NCBI GenBank assembly: GCA_950097015.1
Contig: CATNEN010000031.1
Span: 930,001-994,000 of the forward strand
Reading direction: 5' to 3'
Source of the DNA: Macrostomum hystrix
Taxonomy: Eukaryota; Animalia; Platyhelminthes
Length of the DNA: 64,000 bases
Part shown: one piece after another, positions 11,701 to 23,649 of the stretch
How positions within the stretch are numbered: position 1 is the first letter of the stretch
Layout of the letters: each line of letters starts with the position of its first letter
The notes under the pieces: model-generated
Database searches by the model: none
Seen by the model: only the letters and a program-made list of their open reading frames with translations
What the model was told of the DNA's origin: nothing
Made by a program: the position numbers and the translations under genes

Positions 11701-11855
11701 AGAACCAGGCTGAGGATGCACAGCAGGCACTGGGTGGCGTCTGTCGCACAGAGGAACGCGAGAAAGCCGGGCTCGCGTAGCGGCTGCCAGCGCTCCGTGT
11801 TGTTGCACTCGATGGCCCAGTAAAACTTGTACCAGTGCTGCTCCGCACTCCTCAT
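8774..11855 (-). CDS. Rhodopsin-like (class A) orphan peptide-type GPCR, 2 coding exons (11855-10909, 9023-8774), about 398 aa
   Basis: Seven hydrophobic segments. TM2 LALAD, TM3 end AAVRFAKIRWPL, TM6 YLICQTP, TM7 MDGTCNFFIY then KFKREV. A phase-2 GTGAGT..GCAG intron joins the two ORFs into 1197 nt. A probable upstream exon (12851-12891, GTGAGT donor) splices to an acceptor at 11898. Confidence 0.85.
9652..9900 (-). mobile_element. tRNA-derived SINE-like element, copy 1 (in GPCR intron)
   Basis: About 150 bp clearly homologous to 43962-44115 (CAGGTGTGTACATCTGCCCTGAC..CTCATCGTCA.GCAGTGTACAC). The minus strand carries a B-box-like GAGCTCGAATCC near the head. Confidence 0.55.
10430..10860. repeat. 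Minisatellite, 23-bp unit ACTCAAAC(C/A)TGAGGACCATAGCT, GPCR intron
   Basis: Direct reading. Confidence 0.9.
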
Positions 11856-11989
11856 TGCCTGAGTTGCGGTTGGCGGGATTGAGCAGGGACAATGGAACTG
11901 AGAAAGTCTTCTGCTGACAAGCCCAAAAGCCTGCAGATTCAGGGAAAACTTAAAGATTCTGGGATGGGGTTAAAGCCAGAAAATTCAGG

Positions 11990-12730
11990 TATTGGATGAA
12001 AGCCTGAAGATTCAGGGATAGGAGAAAAGCCTGAAGATTCAGGGATAGGGGAAAAGCCTGAAGATTCAGGGATAGGGGAAAGCCAGAAGATTCAGGGATA
12101 GGAGAAAAGCCTGAAGATTCAGGGATAGGGGAAAGCCAGAAGATTCAGGGATAGGAGAAAAGCCTGAAGATTCAGGGATAGGGGAAAAGCCTGAAGATTC
12201 AGGGATAGGAGAAAAGCCTGAAGATTCAGTGAAGGGGTTAGCCTGAAGATTCAGGGATAGGAGAAAAGCCTGAAGATTCAGGGATAGGGGAAAAGCCTGA
12301 AGATTCAGGGATAGGAGAAAAGCCTGAAGATTCAGTGAAGGGGGTTAGCCTGAAGATTCAGTGAAGGGGTTAGCCTGAAGATTCAGGGATAGGAGAAAAG
12401 CCTGAAGATTCAGGGATAGGGGAAAAGCCTGAAGATTCAGGGATAGGGGAAAGCCAGAAGATTCAGGGATAGGAGAAAAGCCTGAAGATTCAGGGATAGG
12501 GGAAAGCCAGAAGATTCAGGGATAGGAGAAAAGCCTGAAGATTCAGGGATAGGGGAAAAGCCTGAAGATTCAGGGATAGGAGAAAAGCCTGAAGATTCAG
12601 TGAAGGGGGTTAGCCTGAAGATTCAGGGATAGGAGAAAAGCCTGAAGATTCAGGGATAGGGGAAAAGCCTGAAGATTCAGGGATAGGAGAAAAGCCTGAA
12701 GATTCAGTGAAGGGGGTTAGCCTGAAGATT
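11990..12730. repeat. Minisatellite, 27-bp unit GCCTGAAGATTCAGGGATAGGAGAAAA, in the putative GPCR 5' intron
   Basis: Direct reading. Confidence 0.95.
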
Positions 12731-13399
12731 CCGAGCAAAAAAAGCTCAGATGAAGCTTTTGGGTGGGAAAGCTCTGGAAATACGAAATACCTGAAGATCT
12801 TCAACAAATAAAAATCGGCGTTGCATCGAGCTGCTAAAATATACACTCACCTGAGCTTGGCCGAGTTCGTGCAGCCTATCAAACGCTAAGTCTGTATTTT
12901 AGGAGGCAATAAAGCAAATGAAGCTACAAGTAACTTGTCAAACCCCACAGCGGTTTGAGTTCTGAAAATACTGTATTTAAAGTTGAGTAGACGTCTGTGA
13001 TTGGCTGCTTGATAAACCAATGTCAGTCCCGCTTTCTTTGAGCCTAGAATTTAAGTCAAGCACTTTGTTTCCTGTATTTTTTAAAATGTCCAGTCGCTCT
13101 TATGTTGCTCGAATATATTCAACTTAGATAGCGCCCAGTTGAAACACCTAAGTAAACACTGGCATCCATTCTGCCTGCGTATCTTCTGTCTAGTCTAGTT
13201 TACTGAAACTTAAATTTACTGCTGAAACACGGCAGACACCTAATTTCCATTCATATAAAACAGGAGTGGCAAGAACCACTGCGAGTGCCGCCGACTTTCC
13301 AGATGAAACTGCGCACTTTGATTTATCATAGTCGTATAAAGTGCAACCGGCAACCGTATGTTATCAATACTGTAATCAGATATTTAAGGCCCGCCGACA

Positions 13400-14510
13400 G
13401 CATTGATGCTGACACCCTTACGGATGGCGCTGACACACCATTTACGATGCTGACACACCATTTATGATGCTGACACCTTTATGGATGGCGCTGACACACC
13501 GTTTATGATGCTGACGCCTTTTTGAATGGCGCTGACACACCAATTATGATGCTGACAAACTATTTATGGATAGCGCTGACACACCATTTATGATGCTGAC
13601 AAACTATTTATGGATGGCGCTGACACACCATTTATGATGCTGACAAACTATTTATGGATGGCGCTGACACACCATTTATGATGCTGACAAACTATTTATG
13701 GATAGCGCTGACACACCATTTATGATGCTGACGCCTTTAGGATAGCGCTGACACACCATTTATGATGCTGACACCTTTATGGATGGCGCTGACACACCAT
13801 TTATGATGCTGACGCCTTTTTGAATGGCGCTGACACACCAATTATGATGCTGACACCTTTATGGATGGCGCTGACACACCATTTATGATGCTGACACCTT
13901 TATGGATGGCGCTGACACACCAATTATGATGCTGACACCTTTAGGGATAGCGCTGACACACCAATTATGATGCTGACACCTTTATGGATGGCGCTGACAC
14001 ACCAATTATGATGCTGACACCTTTATGGATGGCGCTGACACACCAATTATGATGCTGACACCTTTATGGATGGCGCTGACACACCAATTATGATGCTGAC
14101 ACCTTTATGGATGGCGCTGACACACCATTTATGATGCTGACACCTTTATGGATGGCGCTGACACACCAATTATGATGCTGACACCTTTATGGATGGCGCT
14201 GACACACCATTTATGATGCTGACGCCTTTTTGAATGGCGCTGACACACCAATTATGATGCTGACACCTTTAGGGATAGCGCTGACACACCATTTATGATG
14301 CTGACGCCTTTTTGAATGGCGCTGACACACCATTTATGATGCTGACGCCTTTATTGGTGGCGCTGACACACCATTTATGATGCTGACGCCTTTATTGGTG
14401 GCGCTGACACACCATTTATGATGCTGACGCCTTTTTGAATGGCGCTGACACACCATTTATGATGCTGACGCCTTTATTGTTGGCGCTGACACACCATCCA
14501 TGATGCTGAC
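13400..14510. repeat. Minisatellite, 41-bp unit TGATGCTGACACCTTTATGGATGGCGCTGACACACCATTTA, about 27 copies
   Basis: Direct reading. Confidence 0.95.
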
Positions 14511-14739
14511 ACTTTTGAAAATGACACCCCAAATGAAGCAAAAATTTGCATAAGAAAGATAAGAGCCTTAATGTTAGCATACACGCTGGCAAATTGAATA
14601 TTAGCACCGGTGTTGCATCGGGTTTATTTTAAACGCTAAACTGAGGTAATGTACAAACAGCTGACAGGCGGGGACACAATTATTATTACTAGCAAACATT
14701 TATGAGCAGAAATGGGCTGAGGCCAGCACAAAACATCCC

Positions 14740-17700
14740 TCAGTCTGGCAGGTTATCCCAGCTGTAGCCGAACAAATCCTCATCGTCATCATCCTCCGGA
14801 GCCTCCGCAACAGCTCCGCCAACGTCGTCAATCATGTCGTCGTCGGCGTTGTCGTTATCACCGGCAGCCGCAGCCGCAGCAGCTGGCAGCTGCCTGCCGG
14901 CTCGCCCACCAGACTCCGTTCCGACATTGTCCACGCCGCCATCGCCGCCGTCGCGAGCGCCGCCGGCAGGCCAGACAATGTCCGACTCGTCTATTGGCGG
15001 CTCGTCGGGGGCGAACTCGTAGTCATCCTCCAGGCCGATGTCAAGCAGCAGGTCGTCGTCGGCGTCGGCCTCGTCGCCGGAGCTGCCGATGCCGCAGCCG
15101 CCGATGTTGGCATTGTCGTCGTCTGTTTCAACCGGCGGCGGCGCCATAGTCGGCGGCGGTGGCGTCGGCTGACGCTGGGCAATCTTGGTGCGGCCTTCGC
15201 GCACTTTAAGAACTAGGAAGTTTTCTGGCAGCGGAGTGCACCTGGGAGTTGGGCGCAGGGGATAATAAAATGTGGAATGGAATGGTGAAGATGCGATTCT
15301 CATGGGCGATATTCGAAAAATGATTATCAGCTGGGAAATTGTAGAGCAGGATTGGGTGGGACATTAAAAATGGGATTCTTAGGTAGGATATTCGAAATGG
15401 GATTCTCAGGTGGGATATTCGAAATGGGATTCTTAAGTGGGATATTCGACATGGGATTCACAGGTGGGATATTCGAAATGGGATTCTTAGGTGGGATATT
15501 CGACATGGGATTCTTAAGTAGGATATTCGAAATGGGATTCTTAAGTAGGATATTCGACATGGGATTCTTAAGTAGGATATTCGAAATGGGATTCTTAAGT
15601 AGGATATTCGAAATGGGATTCTCAGGTGGGATATTCGAAATGGGATTCTTAGGTGGGATATTCGAAATGGAATTCTTAGGTGGCATTTTCAAAATGGGAT
15701 TCTTAAGAAGGATATTAAAAATGGGATTCTTATGTGGGTTTTCTATAGAGGATTATTCCTTTCTCTCCTCACTTTTTCACTGGAGGGTTCTAAAAAGATT
15801 TCCAAAATGACAGTTTTAAAAAAACGAATTCCCACGTGGCATCAATAATATTCTCAGGTGGGATTTACTAAAGTACACAACGCTCCACTCACTTAGGCCT
15901 GTGCCTGCCGTAGAGCAGGTGGTACAGGCTGGCCACTGAGCATCTCAGCCTGCAGTCGGCGCTGAGCTCAGCATTGAGTAGCCGCCACAGGCGCTCCACG
16001 AGCTCTGGCGTGTCCAACTGGCCTCGTTTTCTTCGAAGAAACGGCGGCTGATAGGTGAGCATAGCAACCGCCTGGCAACGCACGGTGGCCTCCTCGGCAG
16101 GATTGCAGATTACGGAGTCCAGCAGCCAGGACAGGGCCTGGGCGTCCTTGGCGCACTTGATATGGTTCACCGCAGCCTCCATGGCGGCGAGGCGGACGTC
16201 TATGTAATTACCTGGCGCTGCGTAGCTCTTGAATATGCCGACGTCAGCAGGGATAAAGCCGGTGCGCTGCAGCTTGCGGAATACGCGCAGGCACTTTACC
16301 GTCACCACCATGCGATAGCTGGGCATCAGCTTCTCCAGGTTCATGTGCCGAGTCACCTGCGGGCGGTGGTGGAGGCTAAGTGTATGCCTCAGACCCTTCA
16401 CCCTGCATGCCTCAGACCCTTCACCCTGCATGCCTGACCCTTCACCCTGCATCCCTCAGACCCTTCACCCTGCATGCCTGACCCTTCACCCTGCATCCCT
16501 CAGACCCTTCACCCTGCATGCCTGACCCTTCACCCTGCATGCCTGACCCTTCACCCTGCATGGCCCAGATCCTTCACCCTGCATGCCTGACCCTTCACCC
16601 TGCATGCCTGACCCTTCACCCTGCATGCCTCAGACCCTTCACCCTGCATGCCTCAAACCCTTCACCCTGCATGCCTGACCCTTCACCCTGCATTCCTGAC
16701 CCTTCACCCTGCATTCCTGACACTTCACCCTGCATTCCTGACCCTTCACCCTGCATTCCTGACCCTTCACCCTGCATGCCTGACCCTTCACCCTGCATTC
16801 CTGACCCTTCACCCTGCATTCCTGACCCTTCACCCTGCATTCCTGACCCTTCACCCTGCATTCCTGACCCTTCACCCTGCATTCCTGACACTTCACCCTG
16901 CATGCCTCAAACCCTTCACCCTGCATGCCTGACCCTTCACCCTGCATTCCTGACCCTTCACCCTGCATGACCTAGACCCTTCATCCATACTTCCCAAGCC
17001 TTTCAGCACAATCCGGACACCCACCTCCTCCAGCAGAGCTGCAATTGGCTTGGGCAATTTGCTCAGGAAGTTCTCAGTGGCAATAGTGGCAGCAGGTGTG
17101 ATTGTCCTGAACAGGGACTCGATAAGCGCCGCACGGTAATAGTCATCGGCGTAGGGATTCTTGGAGTTGTCGTTGAAGCGCAGCAGGTTCAGGATGAATT
17201 CGGGCACCTCAGGCGGGCAGACGTCCTGAGCTGTGCGAAGCAGCGACATGCAGAGCGGCACTTCTTTGAGCAGGAAGTAGCGCTGCAAATTTGAGAAGTC
17301 ATTAACAGGTGTCAGAGACCGGGAATCTCTGGCGCCGAATAGGCCGAGGAATGCGGCCATGAGGGGATCCAGCAGGTCCAGGGGGCCGCTGATAAGGCAC
17401 AGCGCATAGCAGGCCTGCATGCGTACTCGGTAGTACTGCCGCTCGTCTCGCACCACCTGCGGGACACCGGTTGGGATTTTGAAGGATAAGACGGGATTTT
17501 GAAGGATAAGAGGGGCTTTTGAAGGATAAGAGGGTATTTCGAAGGATAAGAGGGGATTTGGAAGGATAAAAGGGTATTTCGAAGGATAAGAGGGGATTTT
17601 GAAGGATAAGAGGGGATTTTGAAGGATAAGAGGGGATTTTGAAGGATAAGTAGGAATTTTGAAGGATAAGAGGGGATTTTGAAGGACAAGAGGGGATTTT

Positions 17701-20700
17701 GAAGGATAAGAGGGGATTTTGAAGGACAAGAGGGGATTTTGAAGGATAAGAGGGGATTTTGAAGGATAAGAGGGGATTTTGAAGGACAAGAGGGGATTTT
17801 GAAGGACAAGAGGGGATTTTGAAGGATAAGAGGGGATTTTGAAGGATAAGAGGGGATTTTGAAGGATAAGAGGGGATTTTGAAGGATAAGAGGGGATTTT
17901 GAAGGATAAGTAGGAATTTTGAAGGATAAGAGGGGATTTTGAAGGATAAGAGGGGATTTTGAAGGATAAGTAGGAATTTTGAAGGATAAGAGGGGATTTT
18001 GAAGGACAAGAGGGGATTTTGAAGGATAAGAGGGGATTTTGAAGGATAAGAGGGGATTTTGAAGGACAAGAGGGGATTTTGAAGGATAAGAGGGGATTTT
18101 GAAGGATAAGAGGGGATTTTGAAGGACAAGAGGGGATTTTGAAGGACAAGAGGGGATTTTGAAGGATAAGAGGGGATTTTGAAGGATAAGAGGGGATTTT
18201 AAAGGATAAGAGGGGATTTTGAAGGATAAGAGGGGATTTTGAAGGATAAGTAGGAATTTTGAAGGATAAGAGGGGATTTTGAAGGATAAGAGGGGATTTT
18301 GAAGGATAAGTAGGAATTTTGAAGGATAAGAGGGGATTTTGAAGGACAAGAGGGGATTTTGAAGGATAAGAGGGGATTTTGAAGGACAAGAGGGGATTTT
18401 GAAGGATAAGAGGGGATTTTGAAGGATAAGAGGGGATTTTGAAGGACAAGAGGGGATTTTGAAGGATAAGAGGGGATTTTGAAGGATAAGAGGGGATTTT
18501 GAAGGATAAGAGGGGATTTTGAAGGATAAGAGGGGATTTTGAAGGATAAGAGGGGATTTTGAAGGATAAGAGGGGATTTTGAAGGATAAGTAGGAATTTT
18601 GAAGGATAAGAGGGGATTTTGAAGGACAAGAGGGGATTTTGAAGGATAAGAGGGGATTTTGAAGGATAAGAGGGGATTTTGAAGGATAAGAGGGGATTTT
18701 GAAGGATAAGAGGGGATTTTGAAGGACAAGAGGGGATTTTGAAGGATAAGAGGGGATTTTGAAGGATAAGAGGGGATTTTGAAGGATAAGAGGGGATTTT
18801 GAAGGATAAGAGGGGATTTTGAAGGATAAGAGGGGATTTTGAAGGATAAGAGGGGATTTTGAAGGATAAGAGGGGATTTTGAAGGATAAGTAGGAATTTT
18901 GAAGGATAAGAGGGGATTTTGAAGGACAAGAGGGGATTTTGAAGGATAAGAGGGGATTTTGAAGGATAAGAGGGGATTTTGAAGGATAAGAGGGGATTTT
19001 GAAGGATAAGAGGGGATTTTGAAGGATAAGAGGGGATTTTGAAAGATAAGAGGGGATTTCAAAGGATAAGAGGGGATTTTGAAGGATAAGAGGGGATTTT
19101 GAAGGATAAGAGGGGATACTCAAGCGCATTTTGAGGAATGGGAGAGAAAATATTTTAGGTCCGAGAAGCTGACAGTAAAAATCAGGAAACCCTGTGGCAA
19201 AAGCGCATTATCAGATCTAGTAATTAATAACGCTAAGCATCCGCACCTCAAGCAGCAGCTGCCAGGTCTCGCGGCTGTGAAACTGCGGCTGGCAGAGGGC
19301 TCGGCAGGCAGCCATCTGGCTGGCAACGCAGCGCTCGTAGCGCAGCAGGAGGTGCCACATGGCCTCGGGCTGGACAATTTCAACGTGGCGAATCAGCTGC
19401 ATCTCGGGATCAACTCGCAGCCAGAGCAGGGATGAGTCCGACTCCAGCTTGCCTAGATCGGCGTCGTCTAGCTCTTCGCCGTTGCTAAGCAACACTTTGC
19501 GTCGTTTAATTTTGCGACTCTTGGAGTGGCATGGCAGGTCGCTGACCGAGGCGGATTCGTCTAGCTTCAGGGTGTGGCTGAACGGCCCGTCCAGCTCCTG
19601 GAGGCTCACAGTCACGGCGCCGGTGTAGCGCCTGCGACTACCGCCGCCGCCTCCAGGCGCAGCCGGCGGATCGTCGCGAATCTCCAGCGCTATCAAGTTC
19701 TTCTTCTTGTTAACGCTGAAGCTGGCCCTGAGACGGGCGTGGCCAGGCAGGGTGACCCACTGGTCCAGCAGGTACTGCATGTTCTTTCCTGTGAGTGCCA
19801 GAATCAGGTCTAGAAGGGTCTGGCTGGACAGCAGGAATGACGGCCGCCAGGACTGCTCGCTGCCCGGCTGAAGCGGCGCCGGCTGCTGGCTGGGGTCGTA
19901 GGAGCTGGCTAGCGTGAGCAGCTTGTTCAGGACGTACTGCAGCACCTGGTAGGAGTAAACTAGCGATTTGAGTAGGAGTAAACTAGCGATTTGAGTAGGA
20001 GAAAACTAGCGAATTGAGTAGAAGCAAACAAGCGATTCGAGTAGGAGTAAACTAGTGATTTGAGTAGGAGTAACGATTTGAGTAGCAGTAAACTAGCGAT
20101 TCGAGTAGGAGAAAACTAGCGATTTGAGTACGAGTAACGGTTTGAGTAGGAGTAAACTAGCGATTTGAGTAGGAGTAAACTAGCGATTTGAGTAGGAGTA
20201 ACGATTTGAGTAGGAGTAAACTAGCGATTTGAGTAGGAGTAAACTAGCGATTTGAGTAGGAGTAAACTAGCGATTTGAGTAGGATTAACGATTCGAGTAG
20301 GAGTAAACTAGCGATTTGAGTAGGAGTAACGATTCGAGTAGGAGTAAACTAGCGATTCGAGTAGAAGTAAACTAGCGATTTGAGTAGGAGTAAACTAGCG
20401 ATTTGAGTAGGAGTAAACGGCGAAATTAAGTGTTATAAAATAACTAGTAGTAGACTAAAAGAGAGCGACATGAAATAGTATACTCGTAGGAAGAATCGTA
20501 AAATAACAGGTAAAAGTGCAGACCTCCTCGCCCAGCTTGCAGCCCAGCAGCCGAATGACCAGCAAAGCCTTGCTCCTGTAGGCTGCGGCATAGTCTGGCG
20601 GAATAGTCTGGGGGAAGCGCAGGCAGAATGGAGTTGTGCTAGACTGGCGCTGCTCGGAAGCCGCGGCAGCGGACCCGCTGGGGTCCAGCAGCACCTCATG

Positions 20701-23559
20701 CCTAGTGGACTCGTACAGGCACACCTGGCTCATCTGGTCCGCTATGTAGTTTCTGTACTCGTTGTGACCGAAAACCTTGCGCTGGTAGAGGGCGGCGATG
20801 TAGCCGGAGATGCCCAGAGGAAGCCAGGCGTCATTGAAGGCCTGCATGCCCAGGTAGCAGCCTGCGGTGCGGCGGGCGAGATTACTGCTCAACTGCTCAA
20901 CTGCTCAACTTGAGGGCAGGACAGCATATTGTAGGCAGTAGACGGCGAGCATTGGAAACGGTGAATATATATAGGTAAGCGTGAATCAAGGCCAGAAACG
21001 GTGAAAAATATCGTAAACCGTGAATGAGGATGCGAAACCGTGAATAAGGATAAAGAGCCGTGAATGAGGATAAGGAAGTGTGAATGAGGATGCGAAACCG
21101 TGAATGAGGATAAGGAAGCGTGAATGAGGAAATGGAACCGTGAATGAGTAAGCGGAAGCGTGAATGAGGATGCGAAACCGTGAATAAGGATGCGGAACGG
21201 TGATAGAAAATAGGGGAACGGTGAATTAGGATAAGGAACCGTGAATGAGGATAAGGAACCGTGAATGAGGATAAGGAACCGTGCATGAGGATGCGGAACG
21301 GTGATAGAAAATAGGGGAACCGTGAATTAGGATAAGGAACCGTGAATGAGGATAAGGAACCGTGAATGAGGATAAGGAACCGTGAATGAGGATAAGGAAC
21401 CGTGAATTAGGATAAGGAACCGTGAATGAGGATAAGGAACCGTGAATGAGGATGCGAAACCGTGAATGAGGATAAGGAGCCGTGAATAAGGATGCGGAAC
21501 GGTGATAGAAAATAGGGGAACGGTGAATTAGGATAAGGAACCGTGAATGAGGATAAGGAAGCGTGAATGAGGATGCGAAACCGTGAATGAGGATAAGGAG
21601 CCGTGGATGAGGATAAGGAAGCGTGAATGAGGAAATGGAACCGTGAATGAGTAAGCGGAAGCGTGAATGAGGATGCGAAACCGTGAATAAGGATGCGGAA
21701 CGGTGATAGAAAATAGGGGAACGGTGAATTAGGATAAGGAACCGTGAATGAGGATAAGGAACCGTGAATGAGGATGCGAAACCGTGAATGAGGATAAGAA
21801 ACCGTGAATGATGATAAGGAACCGTGAATGAGGATAAGAAACCGTGAATGAGGATGCGAAACCGTGAATGAGGATAAGAAACCGTGAATGATGATAAGGA
21901 ACCGTGAATGAGGATAAGAAACCGTGAATGAGGATAATGAACTGTGAATGAAGATTAGGAGCTGATGATCAAGATGGAAAACCATGGATGAAGATCATGA
22001 GCAGTGAATAAAGATGGGGGATCGTGAACTTCTTGGAAAGATCCAAGAAGAACCACTTACCAAAAAACTGCTGAGCCACAGCGAAAGCGAGGGTTCGCCT
22101 GGTGTCTATGGCCTGGTCCACAACGCGGCTCGAGTGCAGCAGGCTGACGGAGGCCACAATCAAGGAGGCGTAGGACTGCACAGTCTCGAAGGCTTGGTCA
22201 ACAAACACCAGCTTGAGGGAGCCGTAGGGCAGCCGAACGCCCAGCAGGGACTCGCAGAAGGCCAGGCAGTCAGGCAGTCTGGCAACTGTGTGTCGCAGCA
22301 GGCCGGACAGCGGAGGCGGACAGAAGTAGGTGCCGACAGTGCCGCTCAGAGGCGGGTGGGTCTCGATGTCGAAGGCGCCAACAGCGAAGCCGATGTTAGG
22401 CGCGCTAGTCGGCTGAGCCAAGAAGTAATGGAATGTCTTGGACTGCAGATCCTGTGAGTAGACTGTCTCCAGGAGGTCGCCGGGTGCCACGGCGGTCATT
22501 TCCTCTGGCACGGTCAGCTCGAAGCGCCACTGGCACAGCTCGCTGTAGGAGTCGATGCAGGGCAGCCAGAGCCTAGACGAGTTGCCCGTCACCGAGGTGA
22601 AGCAGTGCGCGCTGCGCATGTCCACCTCGCCTTCGTCGCCGAGTGGCGAACAAAAGTACAGACCGGCCTGCGGCTGCTGCAGCGAGAATTCCACGGTTAG
22701 GCGCAGCTGACGGCCCTGGGCAAAGGCGCGCGGCATAAAATCGGTCAGGCTGAAGGGATCAGGCTGAAGGGATCAGGCTGAAGGGATCAGGCTGAAGGGA
22801 TCAGGCTGAAGGGAACAGGCCGAAGGGATCAGGCTGAAGGGATCAGGCTGAAGGGAACAGGCCGAAGGGATCAGGCTGAAGGGATCAGGCTGAAGGGAAC
22901 AGGCCGAAGGGATCAGGCTGAAGGGATCAGGCTGAAAGGACTGAAAGGGTCAGAATGAAGGGACTGAAGGGGTCAGAATGAAGAGACTGAAGGGATCAGG
23001 CTGAAAGGACTGAAAGGGTCAGAATGAAGAGACTGAAGGGGTCAGAATGAAGGGACTGAAGGGGTCAGAATGAAGGAACTGAAGAGGTCAGAATGAAGGG
23101 ACTGAAAGGGTTGGGCTGATGAAAAGTGCAGTTGAGAACACTAACCTGTGAGATGGCAGGCCAGAGTTCCTGGGGCAGCGGTACCAGTATCTCGCCATTA
23201 TTCGAGTCCGGATCAACCGAGCCTACGGCCAGCTCGTGTCGCTGCTCAAAGAAGGTCAGATTCCGCTGCTTCATCTCCGCCCGACAGATCTCCATTGTGG
23301 GATCGTTGAACGCAAAGGATGCTTCTATTGTTGCATGTTGCTGTTGCTGCTGCTGCTGCTGCTGCTGCGCTTGAAGCGGCGAGTCTAGCCACACTGCGTA
23401 CACGGTGCATTGTTTGCAATTAAGTTTCACTCGCCTCAGTTGCGGAGTTAGCGGCTGCAGCAGCAGTTCAGTATAGCCAACAATGGATTTAGTGCGGAAA
23501 CTGATGGCCTTGATGCACACTGTCTGCTGGCACAGGTTATAGGGCCTGGAGCTCTGCAT
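14740..23559 (-). CDS. TAF2: TFIID subunit 2, 7 exons (23559-23146, 22715-22061, 20861-20524, 19945-19247, 17456-17025, 16356-15893, 15241-14740), about 1167 aa
   Basis: N-terminus SRPYNL..QTVCI..I.FRTKSIVG; M1-aminopeptidase-like fold motifs SRLWLPCIDS, APNIGFAVG, AQQFFGC, LRVDPEMQL.R, NDFSNLQRYFL, NSKNPYADDYYRAALI, NLEKLMPSY. All six introns are GT-AG and phase-consistent; total 3504 nt. Confidence 0.95.
15370..15735. repeat. Minisatellite, 27-bp unit CGAAATGGGATTCTTAGGTGGGATATT, TAF2 intron 6
   Basis: Direct reading. Confidence 0.95.
16382..16985. repeat. Minisatellite, 21-bp unit GACCCTTCACCCTGCAT(G/T)CCT with longer variants, TAF2 intron 5
   Basis: Direct reading. Confidence 0.95.
17475..19115. 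repeat. Minisatellite, 20-bp unit GAAGGATAAGAGGGGATTTT, about 82 copies, TAF2 intron 4
   Basis: Direct reading. Confidence 0.97.
19949..20420. repeat. Minisatellite, 23-bp unit GTAGGAGTAAACTAGCGATTTGA with shorter variants, TAF2 intron 3
   Basis: Direct reading. Confidence 0.93.
20960..21950. repeat. Minisatellite, 20-bp unit ACCGTGAATGAGGATAAGGA with variants, TAF2 intron 2
   Basis: Direct reading. Confidence 0.93.
22745..23110. repeat. Minisatellite, 14-bp unit GGGATCAGGCTGAA grading into a longer variant, TAF2 intron 1
   Basis: Direct reading. Confidence 0.9.
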
Positions 23560-23649
23560 TGCCGCCTGGCTTGCGGCTGAAATCAAAGCGGAGTGGACTA
23601 CCAAATAATGCGGGACAATGGGTCAGCTACTACGCTTGGCAAGGAGTCA

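Noticed and set aside
11002-11892. Overlapping antisense and alternative-frame ORFs over GC-rich exons (also in XYLT, TAF2, FOXN and Tc1)
   Set aside because: Shadow ORFs expected from high GC and codon bias; no recognisable domains.
15327-21985. Long ORFs of 95-678 aa spanning TAF2 introns
   Set aside because: They read through intronic arrays. The real exons are bounded by GT-AG sites that give a phase-consistent TAF2.
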